DNA of 49,323 bases, from positions 1-49,323 of the forward strand of contig CAXBGQ010000001.1 of NCBI GenBank assembly GCA_963975135.1, written 5' to 3'. Under the pieces are notes generated by a model. That model ran no database searches, was not told where the DNA came from, and saw only the letters and a program-made list of their open reading frames with translations. Origin of the DNA: an uncultured Nioella sp. (GTDB lineage Bacteria > Pseudomonadota > Alphaproteobacteria > Rhodobacterales > Rhodobacteraceae). Shown here piece by piece: positions 49,246 through 49,323 of the stretch (its first letter is position 1; each line of letters begins with the position of its first letter). Position numbers and translations under genes: made by a program.

Positions 49246-49323
49246 GTCCTTGCCTTCCTGTTAGACAACACATTCGAAAACCGGGATGCGGCTTGCGGAT
49301 GGGTTGCACTCGAATAGGGGAAC

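Overview
High-GC alphaproteobacterial chromosome segment, Rhodobacteraceae-like by inference from gene content and order. About 1-23 kb is housekeeping: a flavodoxin-fold oxidoreductase (cut by the window edge), queuosine precursor transporter yhhQ, aromatic aminotransferase, sseA, smpB, dapA, Slt lytic transglycosylase, mnmD with a divergent FAD oxidoreductase, MscS, and leuC/leuD/leuB interleaved with NUDIX-PiT, an acyl-CoA ligase and an EEP-family gene. 23.2-27.1 kb is a small accessory nonulosonic-acid cassette: a frameshifted KpsS-like gene, pseF, pseI and a GNAT fused to a small helical domain. 27.1-49.3 kb is one minus-strand sugar catabolism block: the smo sorbitol/mannitol operon with regulator, then kinase/gabD/GAPDH, then a galactoside ABC transporter with alpha- and beta-galactosidase and the De Ley-Doudoroff pathway. 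I found no rRNA, tRNA, CRISPR array or transposase, and no new large multi-gene system I can support. The best non-obvious signals are small: (1) a compact preQ1-I-like pseudoknot covering the SD of yhhQ; (2) a ~190-nt stand-alone transcript with an 18-codon ORF, a 15-nt match to the 16S 3' end and a distal anti-SD; (3) a probably leaderless 31-codon uORF with rare Leu codons before leuC; (4) a palindromic MITE/REP-like element that supplies the ends of two convergent genes; (5) several helically phased short-repeat arrays; (6) enzymes with substituted catalytic motifs (EEP, SDR).
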